Origin: an uncultured bacterium
GTDB taxonomy: Bacteria > Babelota > Babeliae > Babelales > Babelaceae
Reading direction: 5' to 3'
DNA: 64,000 nucleotides
NCBI GenBank assembly: GCA_963819815.1
Contig: CAWFXL010000001.1
Span: 1,376,001 to 1,440,000 of the forward strand
Shown here one piece after another: positions 9,875 to 19,508 of this stretch. The notes under the pieces are model-generated. The model searched no databases and was not told where the DNA came from. It saw only the letters and a list, made by a program, of their open reading frames with translations. The position numbers and the translations under genes are program-made. Each line of letters starts with the position of its first letter. Position 1 is the first letter of the stretch.

Positions 9875-10858
9875 TTATTTTAACAATGGATATTCGTTGA
9901 ACCCCATTAAACGGCATTCTGGTTGAGGGATCATACCAAATTCATCATAGACGAGTTTTTGCATGGTGCGTGCAAGAGTGATAATGTCATTGGTGGTAGC
10001 GCTTCCCCGATTAACTATCATGTTAGCGTGCTGATGAGAGACCTGTGCGCCACCTATGGCGAGTTCCCCTTTGATACCTAATTTATCAAGATAGTAAGCA
10101 ACAAAGATAAGTTTTTTGCTCGTGTGGGCAACTTCCTTTTCTGTAAAGTTTCTAAAGAAGCTACCGCAGGTATGCGAGGTTGGGTAACGTTTAGCGCGAT
10201 GCCGTATCATCTCATGGCTTCTGCCTTTGGCATACGCAGCAGCTTCGCGATCTACTCTTTTAAGTTTAAAGGTAGCAGACACTAAATAGTGATTTCCCTG
10301 GTGCAGCAGGGATGTGTTGTACCCAAACTGGAACCAACTTTGATCTACGGTGAGAAGCTTACCGGTCGATTTTTCTATGACCTGGCCTCCGGTCATAAAC
10401 TGACCAAGAAGAAACTCAAAATAGTGGATATTTATAAATACAGCCCCGCCAATGCTGCCTGGGATACCACTAAACTCTTCAAGTCCAATAAGGTGAGTAT
10501 CAAGGCACCAGGCTATGAGTTCACCAAAAGATACTCCTGCGCCGGCAGTGACGAGTGCATGCTCTTCATCAATCATGAGCCCTGAAATGTTTTTAAGCTG
10601 AGGTTTGAGGACTAGTCCTTCAATACCAGAGTCACTAATGAGCATATTTGCTCCTTCCCCAATAAGACACACAGGTAACCTATGGGCGCGAGCAGTATTG
10701 AGTGCTAATTGGAACTCTTCAGCAGTTCGTGGTTCGGCAAAATATGCTGCAGGACCCCCTGTTTTGAACCAGTTTTTATCAGCAAGAGAAACTGAGGGGA
10801 TAATAAGCGAGGTTTCTAAAGGTAATCCATAGGATGACTGAAGCACTGGCGAAGACAT
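9875..10858 (-). CDS. murB: UDP-N-acetylenolpyruvoylglucosamine reductase
   Basis: FKTGGPA, IGEGANMLISD, GIPGSIGGA, CGSFFRN and HANMIVN motifs. Confidence 0.95.
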   Translation of the reverse strand: MSSPVLQSSYGLPLETSLIIPSVSLADKNWFKTGGPAAYFAEPRTAEEFQLALNTARAHRLPVCLIGEGANMLISDSGIEGLVLKPQLKNISGLMIDEEHALVTAGAGVSFGELIAWCLDTHLIGLEEFSGIPGSIGGAVFINIHYFEFLLGQFMTGGQVIEKSTGKLLTVDQSWFQFGYNTSLLHQGNHYLVSATFKLKRVDREAAAYAKGRSHEMIRHRAKRYPTSHTCGSFFRNFTEKEVAHTSKKLIFVAYYLDKLGIKGELAIGGAQVSHQHANMIVNRGSATTNDIITLARTMQKLVYDEFGMIPQPECRLMGFNEYPLLK

Positions 10859-10861
10859 GCG

Positions 10862-11791
10862 TTATTCCTTGCTCTTTTCAAATTCGGCAGGTAGTTTTCT
10901 GAAAATATAGCGTATCTGTACCTCACCGTTTTTAACAAGCTCGGCGCATCGGTCGCTACAGGTATTTTGGTATATACCAATGCAGTCAGGGCAGGAAATC
11001 AGCTGCTTATTGCATTGAGCATTGATACAATTGGTATAATCATCGTTCGGTTTTTTGCAGTGATCACACTGCGCAAGGATATCATCCGTTATTTTTTCGG
11101 TGACTCGGGCATCAAACACGTAGTTTTTGCCTCTGAAGTAACCATCGGGATATTTTTCAGTATAGCGTTGAATGCCTCCCCTAATCTGAAAGACTTCTTG
11201 GGCCACCTGCTTTTTCTTAAGGTAGGCAGTTGCGCGTTCGCAGCGTATACCGCTTGTGCAATACATAAGTACTCGCTTCCCCTTGAATTGATCAAGATGC
11301 GTGTCAAGATACTCAGGCAAATCTCTAAAGTTGGAAATAGGAGGTTTGACCGCATGATTGAATGTTCCCACACGCCATTCATAATCGTTACGAGCATCCA
11401 GTATAACTAAATCGTCGGGATTTGCTGTCATAAGGGCATGCGCTTCTTCAGCAGATAGATGGGTTCCCGCATCTCGTGCAGAGACTTCTTGGGGATCTAC
11501 ACCGAAATTTACTGCCTGGTCTTTTGCCGTTACTTGGAGCCGTGGAAAATAGTCAGCGCCACCATCGCTTTCCTTGAAATCCAGATCAAAAAAGAGAGGA
11601 TGGGAGCGCATAGCTTCTTTGTATTTTTCAGTGGCTTCAAGGGAACCTCCAACAGTTCCATTAATGCCTTCACGTGCAATATAAATGCGACCGGTAAGAC
11701 CAAGCTCACGACACAGCTTTTTCTGCGCAGCTACTTCTAGCGAAGGTTTCTCGATGTCTATGTATTTATAGTAAATGAGAATTTTTCCCAT
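10862..11791 (-). CDS. trhO: Rhodanese-related tRNA uridine(34) hydroxylase (UPF0176/YceA)
   Basis: GRIYIAREGINGT, DARNDYE, MYCTSGIRCE, GKNYVFD and C-terminal Cys cluster. Confidence 0.9.
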   Translation of the reverse strand: MGKILIYYKYIDIEKPSLEVAAQKKLCRELGLTGRIYIAREGINGTVGGSLEATEKYKEAMRSHPLFFDLDFKESDGGADYFPRLQVTAKDQAVNFGVDPQEVSARDAGTHLSAEEAHALMTANPDDLVILDARNDYEWRVGTFNHAVKPPISNFRDLPEYLDTHLDQFKGKRVLMYCTSGIRCERATAYLKKKQVAQEVFQIRGGIQRYTEKYPDGYFRGKNYVFDARVTEKITDDILAQCDHCKKPNDDYTNCINAQCNKQLISCPDCIGIYQNTCSDRCAELVKNGEVQIRYIFRKLPAEFEKSKE

Positions 11792-11881
11792 TGGAATGCG
11801 CCCCGATTAAAGGTATCTTTATTTTTAAGTATAGCGCCTTTAAAAAAAAGATGAATGTCTCTTCTTTTCCAATGTGCGAGA

Positions 11882-13027
11882 TTATTTTGCTTTTTGTTGA
11901 GCACATTCCTGCTTGTGGCCGGCATTCCAATCTTGTTTCTGACAATCTTTATTGCAATAATAGAATTTCTTACACCCACTGCATATTTTAAGATCCTCTC
12001 CCCGGTTGCCACAGAAATGGCACCAAGTACTTGTGGCGACAGGCTCGCGTTCTTCCTGCTCATGCTCAAGACCATAGCAAGCTCTTATGAAGCTTTCAAA
12101 GGGGGCATGGGAGTTTCTTTTTAGGCAAGCCACAAGAGCCGATTTATGGCGTATAGCATCGGTAAAATGAACTGGGCGAATGCCATGTTGAGCATTGATG
12201 AGATACAAACAAAGCCTTCCTAATCTTTTTGAGCCCTCTTGAAAAGGGTGAACGCGCACAATATCATAATGGAACTTAGAGCTAATGGATAGTACCTTGT
12301 TCTGACGTTCTTGCCAGGGAAGGTTCTTTATGGCAATAACGGCATTCTGGGCCTCTTCTAAGGCAGCTTGAAGTTCCTTTTCGATAGTTTCTATTGGAGT
12401 AAAGAGGTATATTGAATTTTTAAGGAGAGCTTTTTCCTCGTCCGTGAGCGGATTGAGTAACGTTGGAAATTTTTGGACTTCAAGACTATTGCGGAATTTC
12501 TCAAGAGATTGTGGTGTGGCAGTAACTTCTTTTCGTTTCAGCAAAAAGACAATATAGGACCATTCTTTGGTACATATTTCTTCTCTTATTTGCCAGGTAG
12601 CTTCATCTACTCTGAAGGCTCCGGGTTCTGATACCTCAGGATCGAGACGCGTAAGCCAGGAAGATAAATTCTTGATATCGGTGATGGTCCAACTTTCAAA
12701 TGGCTTTGCAAGGAGGGTTGTTCTACTTCTGTAAAGAGCATAGAACCAGCCCAAAATGACGCACATTTCTTCATTTAGTCCCTCTGCTTTGGCTTGATCC
12801 CTTGTAGAAATATTAAGCGTGGTTGCAAGGAGGGCAGCAATTTTCTCTGGCTCTTGTGAAAAGTTATGTGATGCACCTTGATAGGCTGCATCATAAGTTA
12901 TATTGGGCCATTTCGTGATGGGACTGTCCTCAAATAGTTTTTCCTTACTCAGGCACAATAGAGAAGGTATGGCCAGGAGGACCATCAGAGCTAACATTGG
13001 TAGACGTGCATTTCGTGTAGTCATCAT
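11882..13027 (-). CDS. Secreted Fic/Doc-domain + MYND zinc-finger protein (copy 3)
   Basis: Signal peptide, HYDIVRVHPFQEGSKRLGRL, C-terminal CHFC..CSGC..YYCNKDCQKQDW..GHKQEC. Confidence 0.8.
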   Translation of the reverse strand: MMTTRNARLPMLALMVLLAIPSLLCLSKEKLFEDSPITKWPNITYDAAYQGASHNFSQEPEKIAALLATTLNISTRDQAKAEGLNEEMCVILGWFYALYRSRTTLLAKPFESWTITDIKNLSSWLTRLDPEVSEPGAFRVDEATWQIREEICTKEWSYIVFLLKRKEVTATPQSLEKFRNSLEVQKFPTLLNPLTDEEKALLKNSIYLFTPIETIEKELQAALEEAQNAVIAIKNLPWQERQNKVLSISSKFHYDIVRVHPFQEGSKRLGRLCLYLINAQHGIRPVHFTDAIRHKSALVACLKRNSHAPFESFIRACYGLEHEQEEREPVATSTWCHFCGNRGEDLKICSGCKKFYYCNKDCQKQDWNAGHKQECAQQKAK

Positions 13028-13035
13028 GAAGATCC

Positions 13036-14214
13036 TTAATTCTTGGTTTGGGGCGATGGCTTGGTTAGGCACTGTTTTTTGTGTTGAGCTATCCAGTCAT
13101 CCTTTTGGCATTCTTTAGAGCAATAATAGACTTCTTTGCAGGCCGCACATCGCTGAAATCCTTCTCCTTTTTTCCCGCATTTTCCGCATGCAATGATCTG
13201 AGTGAGAGAGAGATTTTTTAAACCTTCTGGTGTTACCATTTGATCTTTGTCAGCAGGTTCCATCGGCTTTAATTTCGCCTCCTCGGCTTCCAAGCATCTT
13301 CTAAAATAGGCTTCAAACGGTAGATGAGATTTTTGAAGAAGGCATTCTATGAGTATTTGATTATAGGCTGCTGGATCGGTAATCTTGAGGGGTTTAATGC
13401 CATGCTGAGCATGGATGATATATTCGCCAAGTCTTCCTAAGCGCTTGGCTCCTTCTATAAAAGGATGGATGCGTACGATATCATAATGAAACTTACATCC
13501 AAGAGAAAGGGCTTGTTGCTGCCTTTGTTTCCAGGGAAGTTCTCGTATACGTCTAAGTTGTTCTTGTATATTCGTCAGGGCAGTAGTGAGTTCTGCTTCA
13601 ATGATATCTTCACTCAGAGGGAAAAGGTGAACTGATCTTCGCAGTAAGGACTCTTCTTCTTTGGTGAGCGGAGCATAAAGGTGAGGCTCATTCGGATGCG
13701 AGCTTTTGACTCGTGCAAGGAGCATTGCATCTACGGAGAGCAGTATTTTTTGGTTTACCAAACTTTTAATATGCTTCCATTCTTCGGCCGACATCTCTCG
13801 TATTTGCCAATAAGTTGGTTCGCCTATGTATCTGAAAGTGCCCGGATGTTTAACATTCTTGTGAAAAAAAGTGATCCATGCAGAAAGGTACCGAATATCC
13901 ATAAGGGACCATGTTTCAAAAGGCTTGGTGAGAAGCTCTTTTTGAGTCTCTTCAATAGCCTTACACCAACCCATGACCGTGCAGGTTTCTTCATCCCACT
14001 CTTCTTTTTGTTCAGATAATGCTTTTGCTTTGGTTGCAACCTTGTCCGTATCATAGCGTGCACCTTGATAGGCCAACGTAGTAACTGTCTGAGGCCACTG
14101 CGTTAGAGGAGCATCTTGATATAAGCTCTGTTTTTCTTGGAGAACCATGCCATGCACCAATGGTGATGCAAAGCTCATAAGAATACTAAGAAGGGTAATC
14201 TTGTTAATAAGCAT
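13036..14214 (-). CDS. Secreted Fic/Doc-domain + MYND zinc-finger protein (copy 2)
   Basis: Signal peptide MLINKITLLSILMSFASPLVHG, HPFIEGAKRLGRL, CGKC..CAAC..YYCSKECQKDDW..QHKKQC. Confidence 0.8.
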   Translation of the reverse strand: MLINKITLLSILMSFASPLVHGMVLQEKQSLYQDAPLTQWPQTVTTLAYQGARYDTDKVATKAKALSEQKEEWDEETCTVMGWCKAIEETQKELLTKPFETWSLMDIRYLSAWITFFHKNVKHPGTFRYIGEPTYWQIREMSAEEWKHIKSLVNQKILLSVDAMLLARVKSSHPNEPHLYAPLTKEEESLLRRSVHLFPLSEDIIEAELTTALTNIQEQLRRIRELPWKQRQQQALSLGCKFHYDIVRIHPFIEGAKRLGRLGEYIIHAQHGIKPLKITDPAAYNQILIECLLQKSHLPFEAYFRRCLEAEEAKLKPMEPADKDQMVTPEGLKNLSLTQIIACGKCGKKGEGFQRCAACKEVYYCSKECQKDDWIAQHKKQCLTKPSPQTKN

Positions 14215-14218
14215 GCTC

Positions 14219-15415
14219 TTATACCTTTTGCTGTTCTGCAATTTTGGCACATTGCTTTTTGTGGCCAGCCTTCCAATCTTTTGTTTGGCATTCCTTGCCA
14301 CAATAATAAACAGCTTTGCATATACTGCAGCGCTGCTTTGAATCTTGTTTTCCGCAGGTAGCGCAGCTTGAACTGCTGGCTACGCTTGTTTGGTCGGTGC
14401 TTTCTTCAACAGCTGCAAAGTTCAATAACATGAGCCGTAGGTGTTCCTCGGCAGAGATTCTCTTCTGAGGGCCCGCTGCCTGGGCGGTGCTTTTGAGAAG
14501 ATTATCGTAGCGATCAACATGAGTCTTATAGAATTTTTCAAAGGGCCTATGCGTACCCTCTTTTAAGCTACCTAGCAAAGACTGCGTATATGCTTCAGCG
14601 TTGATAACACAGAGTGGCATTATGCCATTCTGGGAATGTATAATAAACATACCTAGTCGGCCCAATCTTTTTGCAGCCGCTTTGAAAGGATGCACTCTTA
14701 TGATGTCAAAATGGAACTGACATCCGAGTGAAAATGCTTTTTGTTGTCGTTGTTCCCAAGGAAGAGCCCTGGCTTTTGCTAGTTCTTGCTTGAGTGATTC
14801 GAAAGCTGCAATGAGCTCTTTTTTTACATCATCACCTAGAGGAAAAACGTAGACAGTTTCATGTAAGTATGCTTCTTCTTGGGCTGTTAAGGGTTGCAAT
14901 AGTGCCTTCGGGCGTTCCTGAGGATTGTCGACGTATTTTCTTCCTGATGGGGTGTTAACGACTTTTCTAAAGAGTAATGTGTCGAATTTTTCAGTTTCTG
15001 CTTTTGATATCTTACGAAAAGTCCAGCGTACCGGCTCGGTCCTTATAGTTCGAGGATCCTTCTGTGATGATCGTAAGAGCCATGCAGCGAGTTGTGAAAG
15101 ATCATCAAAAGTCCACGTCTCAAAAGGTTTTTTAAGGAGATTCTTTTCAACTTGTTTGACGGCATATATCCAGTCCTGAATGACCCACTGCTCCTCCTGG
15201 GGAAGTGCTTTGAGAGTCTGCTCGAATGCTTCTTTAGAGCTTACTGAATAGTCGTAAGTAGCTCCTTGGTAGGCATTGTCATAAATAGACGTGTTATTGC
15301 TCCAATCGGTTAGTGGTTCATCTTGGTATTGACTCCACTTTCCTTCAGAAAGAATCATGGCATTCATCGAGGAAACGCCCATTATTATGGTAAAAATCAG
15401 TATACGTAATTTCAT
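14219..15415 (-). CDS. Secreted Fic/Doc-domain + MYND zinc-finger protein (copy 1)
   Basis: Signal peptide MKLRILIFTIIMGVSSMNA, HPFKAAAKRLGRL, CATC..CSIC..YYCGKECQTKDW..GHKKQC. Confidence 0.8.
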   Translation of the reverse strand: MKLRILIFTIIMGVSSMNAMILSEGKWSQYQDEPLTDWSNNTSIYDNAYQGATYDYSVSSKEAFEQTLKALPQEEQWVIQDWIYAVKQVEKNLLKKPFETWTFDDLSQLAAWLLRSSQKDPRTIRTEPVRWTFRKISKAETEKFDTLLFRKVVNTPSGRKYVDNPQERPKALLQPLTAQEEAYLHETVYVFPLGDDVKKELIAAFESLKQELAKARALPWEQRQQKAFSLGCQFHFDIIRVHPFKAAAKRLGRLGMFIIHSQNGIMPLCVINAEAYTQSLLGSLKEGTHRPFEKFYKTHVDRYDNLLKSTAQAAGPQKRISAEEHLRLMLLNFAAVEESTDQTSVASSSSCATCGKQDSKQRCSICKAVYYCGKECQTKDWKAGHKKQCAKIAEQQKV

Positions 15416-15809
15416 ATTGTCCTTTTGGTCATATCTTTGTAGTTATTTTACTAGTGACACATATGGCTGCGTGCTGTGATAGTGCCAAATCGCTTATAAT
15501 GCCGGCTAGATTTTTATTGAATTGGCATACTTTTTATTCTATCAGAATTTAAAAAAATGGCAATAGGTAACCGCTATTGGCTTGGAATTATTGAGAATAG
15601 GTACTATGCAACCTGATTGACGACTCATACATAGAGGTTTAGTCTGACAAGGGGGCTCGAGGCTGGCTGTGAGCGGATTTCAGTTTTGGATGATAGAGTT
15701 TTATGCAAACTCATGAGATTGCTCCTTATCCTGTTTTTTCCTATACTAGGGAGGCATGATACGAGTATAAAAAAGCAATTATAAAAAATCCTTCCGGGAT
15801 ACAACCCTT

Positions 15810-18176
15810 ATGAAACTTTCCATTTCTTGGATTCTTGACCATATTGCGACAACAAAGAATGATATTGCTCTTCCCGATCTTGTTAAGCAATTTAATGCAA
15901 AAACAGCAGAGATTGATGCTGCTGAGCATATTGTTACCGAGCTTGCCTATCTCTATGCAGTAAACATTACTGAAATTCTAGATCAGGCAGTAGTGGTATC
16001 CTGCAAAGAACTTGGTACGTCATTTAATCTGCCTCAGCGAAAAGATCCATCGCGTGAGCAAGGCTTCTGGTACCTTGTTAAAAAAGATGGATCAGAAGTT
16101 CGCTGGGCCACGCTTTCAGATGTGGGCTCGGCAAAAGATGGTCTTATGGGAAGTCTGTATATGAGCGATAGGGAAGCTCAGGGTTCCTGGCGAGATACTG
16201 TTGAGCAGGAAGATACAATTATCACGATCGATAATAAAGCGATCACCAACAGGCCAGACCTGTGGGGTCATCGAGGTTGTGCGCGTGAGATGGCGGCCTT
16301 AGCTGGTAAGATGCTTATTCAGGAGGAGCATCTTCTTGCAGATACCATGATTAAGCATTATGACAGGAAGGCTCCTGCTCAAGCAGGACAATCTTTTGCA
16401 CTCTCTCTTGATGATGAAGCTTGTGGAAGTACCTGTAGGAGATTCTCGGGATTAGCGGTTCCTGTAGTGACCTATCGTGCTTCATTGCCATGGATGGCCT
16501 TTAGATTAGCGCGAATTGACATGAGACCCATTGATGCTCTTGTTGATATGACCAATTATGTAATGTGTGATATCGGCCAACCGATGCACGCTTTTGATGC
16601 TGAACGGTTACCAAGCAAACATATACAGGTACGCTGTGCTCGTACAGGTGAGAAGCTCCGATTGCTTGATGGTGACGAAGTTACTCTCGAACCTTCCGAT
16701 CGTGTCATTTCAGCTGGTGATAGTGCAGTTTCAGTAGCTGGAGTAATGGGAGGCTTTGCAACTTCAGTAACCAAAACAACGAAATCACTCTTCTTAGAAT
16801 CTGCTAATTTCGAACCGATACCGATTCGTCTTACTGCAACTCGTTTAAAAAAACGTACTGAGTCATCGACTCGTTACGAAAAGAATATTGACCCAAATCA
16901 AAACACTCAGGGAATATTGCGCTATCTTAAACTTCTTCAAGAGGCTCAGATTCCTTATGAGGCTGAAGAAGCGATCACATCATTAGGACCCTTATGGCAT
17001 GAAAAAGTCATAGAGGTATCTTATGAGCTTATTCTGAGCAAGATCGGCATGGAGGTTTCTATAGAGAAGATTATATCTATTCTTAAAAATCTTGACTTTG
17101 GAGTGGTGTACGAGCATGACAGGTTTATCGTGACAGTACCGACATTCCGTGCCATTAAAGATGTGACGATTCCTGAAGACATTGTTGAAGAAGTAGCGCG
17201 TTTTGTGGGATACAGCAAGATTGCTCCGGTCCTTCCAGAGCGAAAAGTAATGGCATTCAATACGCGAAGGATTGAACGTAAAAAACGATTGAAACATATT
17301 CTTGCATATGGTCTTTCGATGCATGAGGTTCAAACATATGCTTTTTATGATGAAGCGCTGCTCAAAAAACTTTCCTATGATCCACTTGATGCACCACGTA
17401 TTGCTAATCCCTTATCTGAGCATTGGCAGCGTTTAGTAACCTCGTTAGTGCCCAACCTTATAGGATGTGTCATAACCAATCAAGCAGTGCAAGACAGCTT
17501 GCGCTTTTTTGAAATCAATCGTGTATGGCACGTCGCTAAAGGCCCTATTGAAGTGCAAGAGTGTGAGGGCATCTATCACACTGAATCGCAGGAATGTGGG
17601 GGCATCTGGTACGAAAAAAAAGCACCGATAGACTTTTATGAAGGTAAGGCCCTTGTTGAGCAGATGATGTTTGCACTCGGACTTACCGTGCATTGGCTCA
17701 AGCCTGCCAAGGCTCTTGCTCCTTGGTACGATATTTACCAGTCAGCAGAATTGTGGTGCGGTAAGCGAGTAATTGGCCGCGCAGGTAAGTGCTCATCCTC
17801 TTTTCTTGGACAAGTCCTTGAGGGGGATGCATTCATTTTTGAGCTCGATGCAATTTTTCTACTGAATGCACGGAACGAGCAGGCACAGTATGTGCCTCTT
17901 GCTAAGTATCCCGTAACTGAGCAGGATATTAGTATCTTAGTCTCTCGTTCAGTAACTGTTGCAGGTCTAGAGAATGCTATTGGTCGAGCAGATATACGCA
18001 TCATGAAGGTACAGCTGGTTGATAGCTTCGAAAAACCTGATTGGCCTGATAAGAAGTCATTAACTTTTAGGTATACTGCTGCAGACAAAGAAGGTACCCT
18101 TACTAAAGAAGCAATAGAGACCATTGCACAACATGTGCAGCGTGCAGTGCAAGATCTTGGCGGGGAGGTTCGATGA
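15810..18176 (+). CDS. pheT: Phenylalanine--tRNA ligase beta subunit
   Basis: MKLSISWI, NRPDLWGHRG, GQPMHAFD, EDIVEEVAR and C-terminal FDX-ACB 'KKSLTFR'. Confidence 0.95.
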   Translation: MKLSISWILDHIATTKNDIALPDLVKQFNAKTAEIDAAEHIVTELAYLYAVNITEILDQAVVVSCKELGTSFNLPQRKDPSREQGFWYLVKKDGSEVRWATLSDVGSAKDGLMGSLYMSDREAQGSWRDTVEQEDTIITIDNKAITNRPDLWGHRGCAREMAALAGKMLIQEEHLLADTMIKHYDRKAPAQAGQSFALSLDDEACGSTCRRFSGLAVPVVTYRASLPWMAFRLARIDMRPIDALVDMTNYVMCDIGQPMHAFDAERLPSKHIQVRCARTGEKLRLLDGDEVTLEPSDRVISAGDSAVSVAGVMGGFATSVTKTTKSLFLESANFEPIPIRLTATRLKKRTESSTRYEKNIDPNQNTQGILRYLKLLQEAQIPYEAEEAITSLGPLWHEKVIEVSYELILSKIGMEVSIEKIISILKNLDFGVVYEHDRFIVTVPTFRAIKDVTIPEDIVEEVARFVGYSKIAPVLPERKVMAFNTRRIERKKRLKHILAYGLSMHEVQTYAFYDEALLKKLSYDPLDAPRIANPLSEHWQRLVTSLVPNLIGCVITNQAVQDSLRFFEINRVWHVAKGPIEVQECEGIYHTESQECGGIWYEKKAPIDFYEGKALVEQMMFALGLTVHWLKPAKALAPWYDIYQSAELWCGKRVIGRAGKCSSSFLGQVLEGDAFIFELDAIFLLNARNEQAQYVPLAKYPVTEQDISILVSRSVTVAGLENAIGRADIRIMKVQLVDSFEKPDWPDKKSLTFRYTAADKEGTLTKEAIETIAQHVQRAVQDLGGEVR

Positions 18177-18640
18177 AAAGAAAAACGATAGGGTATCTCA
18201 TTGCGGGAATGTTGATCATCCTTGCAGATCAGCTTACTAAGTGGATAGCAGTCAACCACTGGTACGATGGGCATATAGTCACGAGTTTCTTAAGCTTTAG
18301 GGTGACGATCAATCGAGGTATTTCGTGGGGACTGCTTTCATCAGCTGAGACAAACACACTGCTTTTCCTGGCGATCTCTTTTTGCATTCTTCTCTTAACC
18401 TTTGGATTAGCTGTGTATGCGTTTCGCAGGTATAAGCAAGGGTATTCAGTTTATGGAGAGCTTTTAGTGGTTTCAGGTTCCTGTTCCAACATTATTGATC
18501 GGTGCTTTCAAAAAGGAGTAGTCGACTTTATTGTGGTGCATTGGAATGACTATGTGTGGCCAGTTTTTAATCTTGCAGATATGGCTATCGTGTGTGGTGT
18601 TGGCATCATGTTTTTTAGTTATCTCACCCGAAACGAATAG
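18173..18640 (+). CDS. lspA: Lipoprotein signal peptidase II
   Basis: DQLTK, NRGISWG, NIIDR, VVDFI and WPVFNLAD motifs. Confidence 0.95.
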   Translation: MKRKTIGYLIAGMLIILADQLTKWIAVNHWYDGHIVTSFLSFRVTINRGISWGLLSSAETNTLLFLAISFCILLLTFGLAVYAFRRYKQGYSVYGELLVVSGSCSNIIDRCFQKGVVDFIVVHWNDYVWPVFNLADMAIVCGVGIMFFSYLTRNE

Positions 18641-18645
18641 GCCGT

Positions 18646-19302
18646 TTGAATCAACGTTTTTATGAGTTTTGTAAGGTGCTGCAATCATTTGTACTACCTT
18701 ACCATTGTAGCTATTGCAGATGTTCGCTGTCCTCAGACAAGCCTTTATGTCTTACCTGCACGATACTTATTAATCCAACTCTATCATCAAGGCTTCAAGT
18801 AACCGGGGATGAATATCTTCAAGTTTATGCCGTAAGTGCTTATGAAGAGCCCCTGAAAACGCTCATCCTTGCAAAACGGTATAATGGGTATGAAGCGAGT
18901 AAACACCTAGGGACTCTTATATGGTGCCATTCGGTTATGCCTTCAATGGATGCAGACTTCCTGATTCCTGTTCCTTTACATTCTCAAAGAGCAGCTCTTC
19001 GTGGGTATAATCAGGCACGTGTTATTGCCGAGCAGTTGAGTCGCTATAGCGGGATACCTATACTTGATTGTATCGTACGAACTCGAAACACGCGACAACA
19101 ATCTCAATGTCGCATGTTCGAGCGTTATGATAATGTGAAGGGAGCTTTTAAAATGATTAAAGGAGAGGCACTTGCGGGTAAAAATTGTATTCTCGTAGAT
19201 GATATGATGACCTCGGGCGCGACCTTACAGGAGGTAGCTCGCACAGTGATTCCCTATAAGCCAGCGTGCCTAAGGGCGATAGTTGCCTGCAGTTCCTTCT
19301 AA
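18646..19302 (+). CDS. comF: ComF family phosphoribosyltransferase
   Basis: N-terminal CxxC pairs, IPVPLH, RGYNQA, LVDDMMTSGATL. Confidence 0.9.
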   Translation: MNQRFYEFCKVLQSFVLPYHCSYCRCSLSSDKPLCLTCTILINPTLSSRLQVTGDEYLQVYAVSAYEEPLKTLILAKRYNGYEASKHLGTLIWCHSVMPSMDADFLIPVPLHSQRAALRGYNQARVIAEQLSRYSGIPILDCIVRTRNTRQQSQCRMFERYDNVKGAFKMIKGEALAGKNCILVDDMMTSGATLQEVARTVIPYKPACLRAIVACSSF

Positions 19303-19508
19303 GTATTCCTCGAAGAGTTTTGGACTCTTTCCTAGTTTGGTTAGATCTGGTTGAAAAAAACTTTCAGCTTTTGAAAGTTTAGAAGAAGCTATCAAAGTAT
19401 TTCACTATATTTATAGAGGTGAATAATTTTGCAACTTTGCTCGCTTTGTGATAGCATGTCCTTACTTAAAACATTTTATTACTTTTTTCTTTTAAAAGGA
19501 TGTATTCT

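Noticed and set aside
11882..15415. Classical Fic/Doc toxin-antitoxin modules
   Set aside because: No antitoxin ORF or obvious inhibitory (S/T)xxxE(G/N) helix was seen; signal peptides and MYND fingers point to export.
17735..18274. 179-aa antisense ORF and other nested antisense ORFs in the track
   Set aside because: These are shadows of well-conserved genes such as pheT, with no independent evidence.
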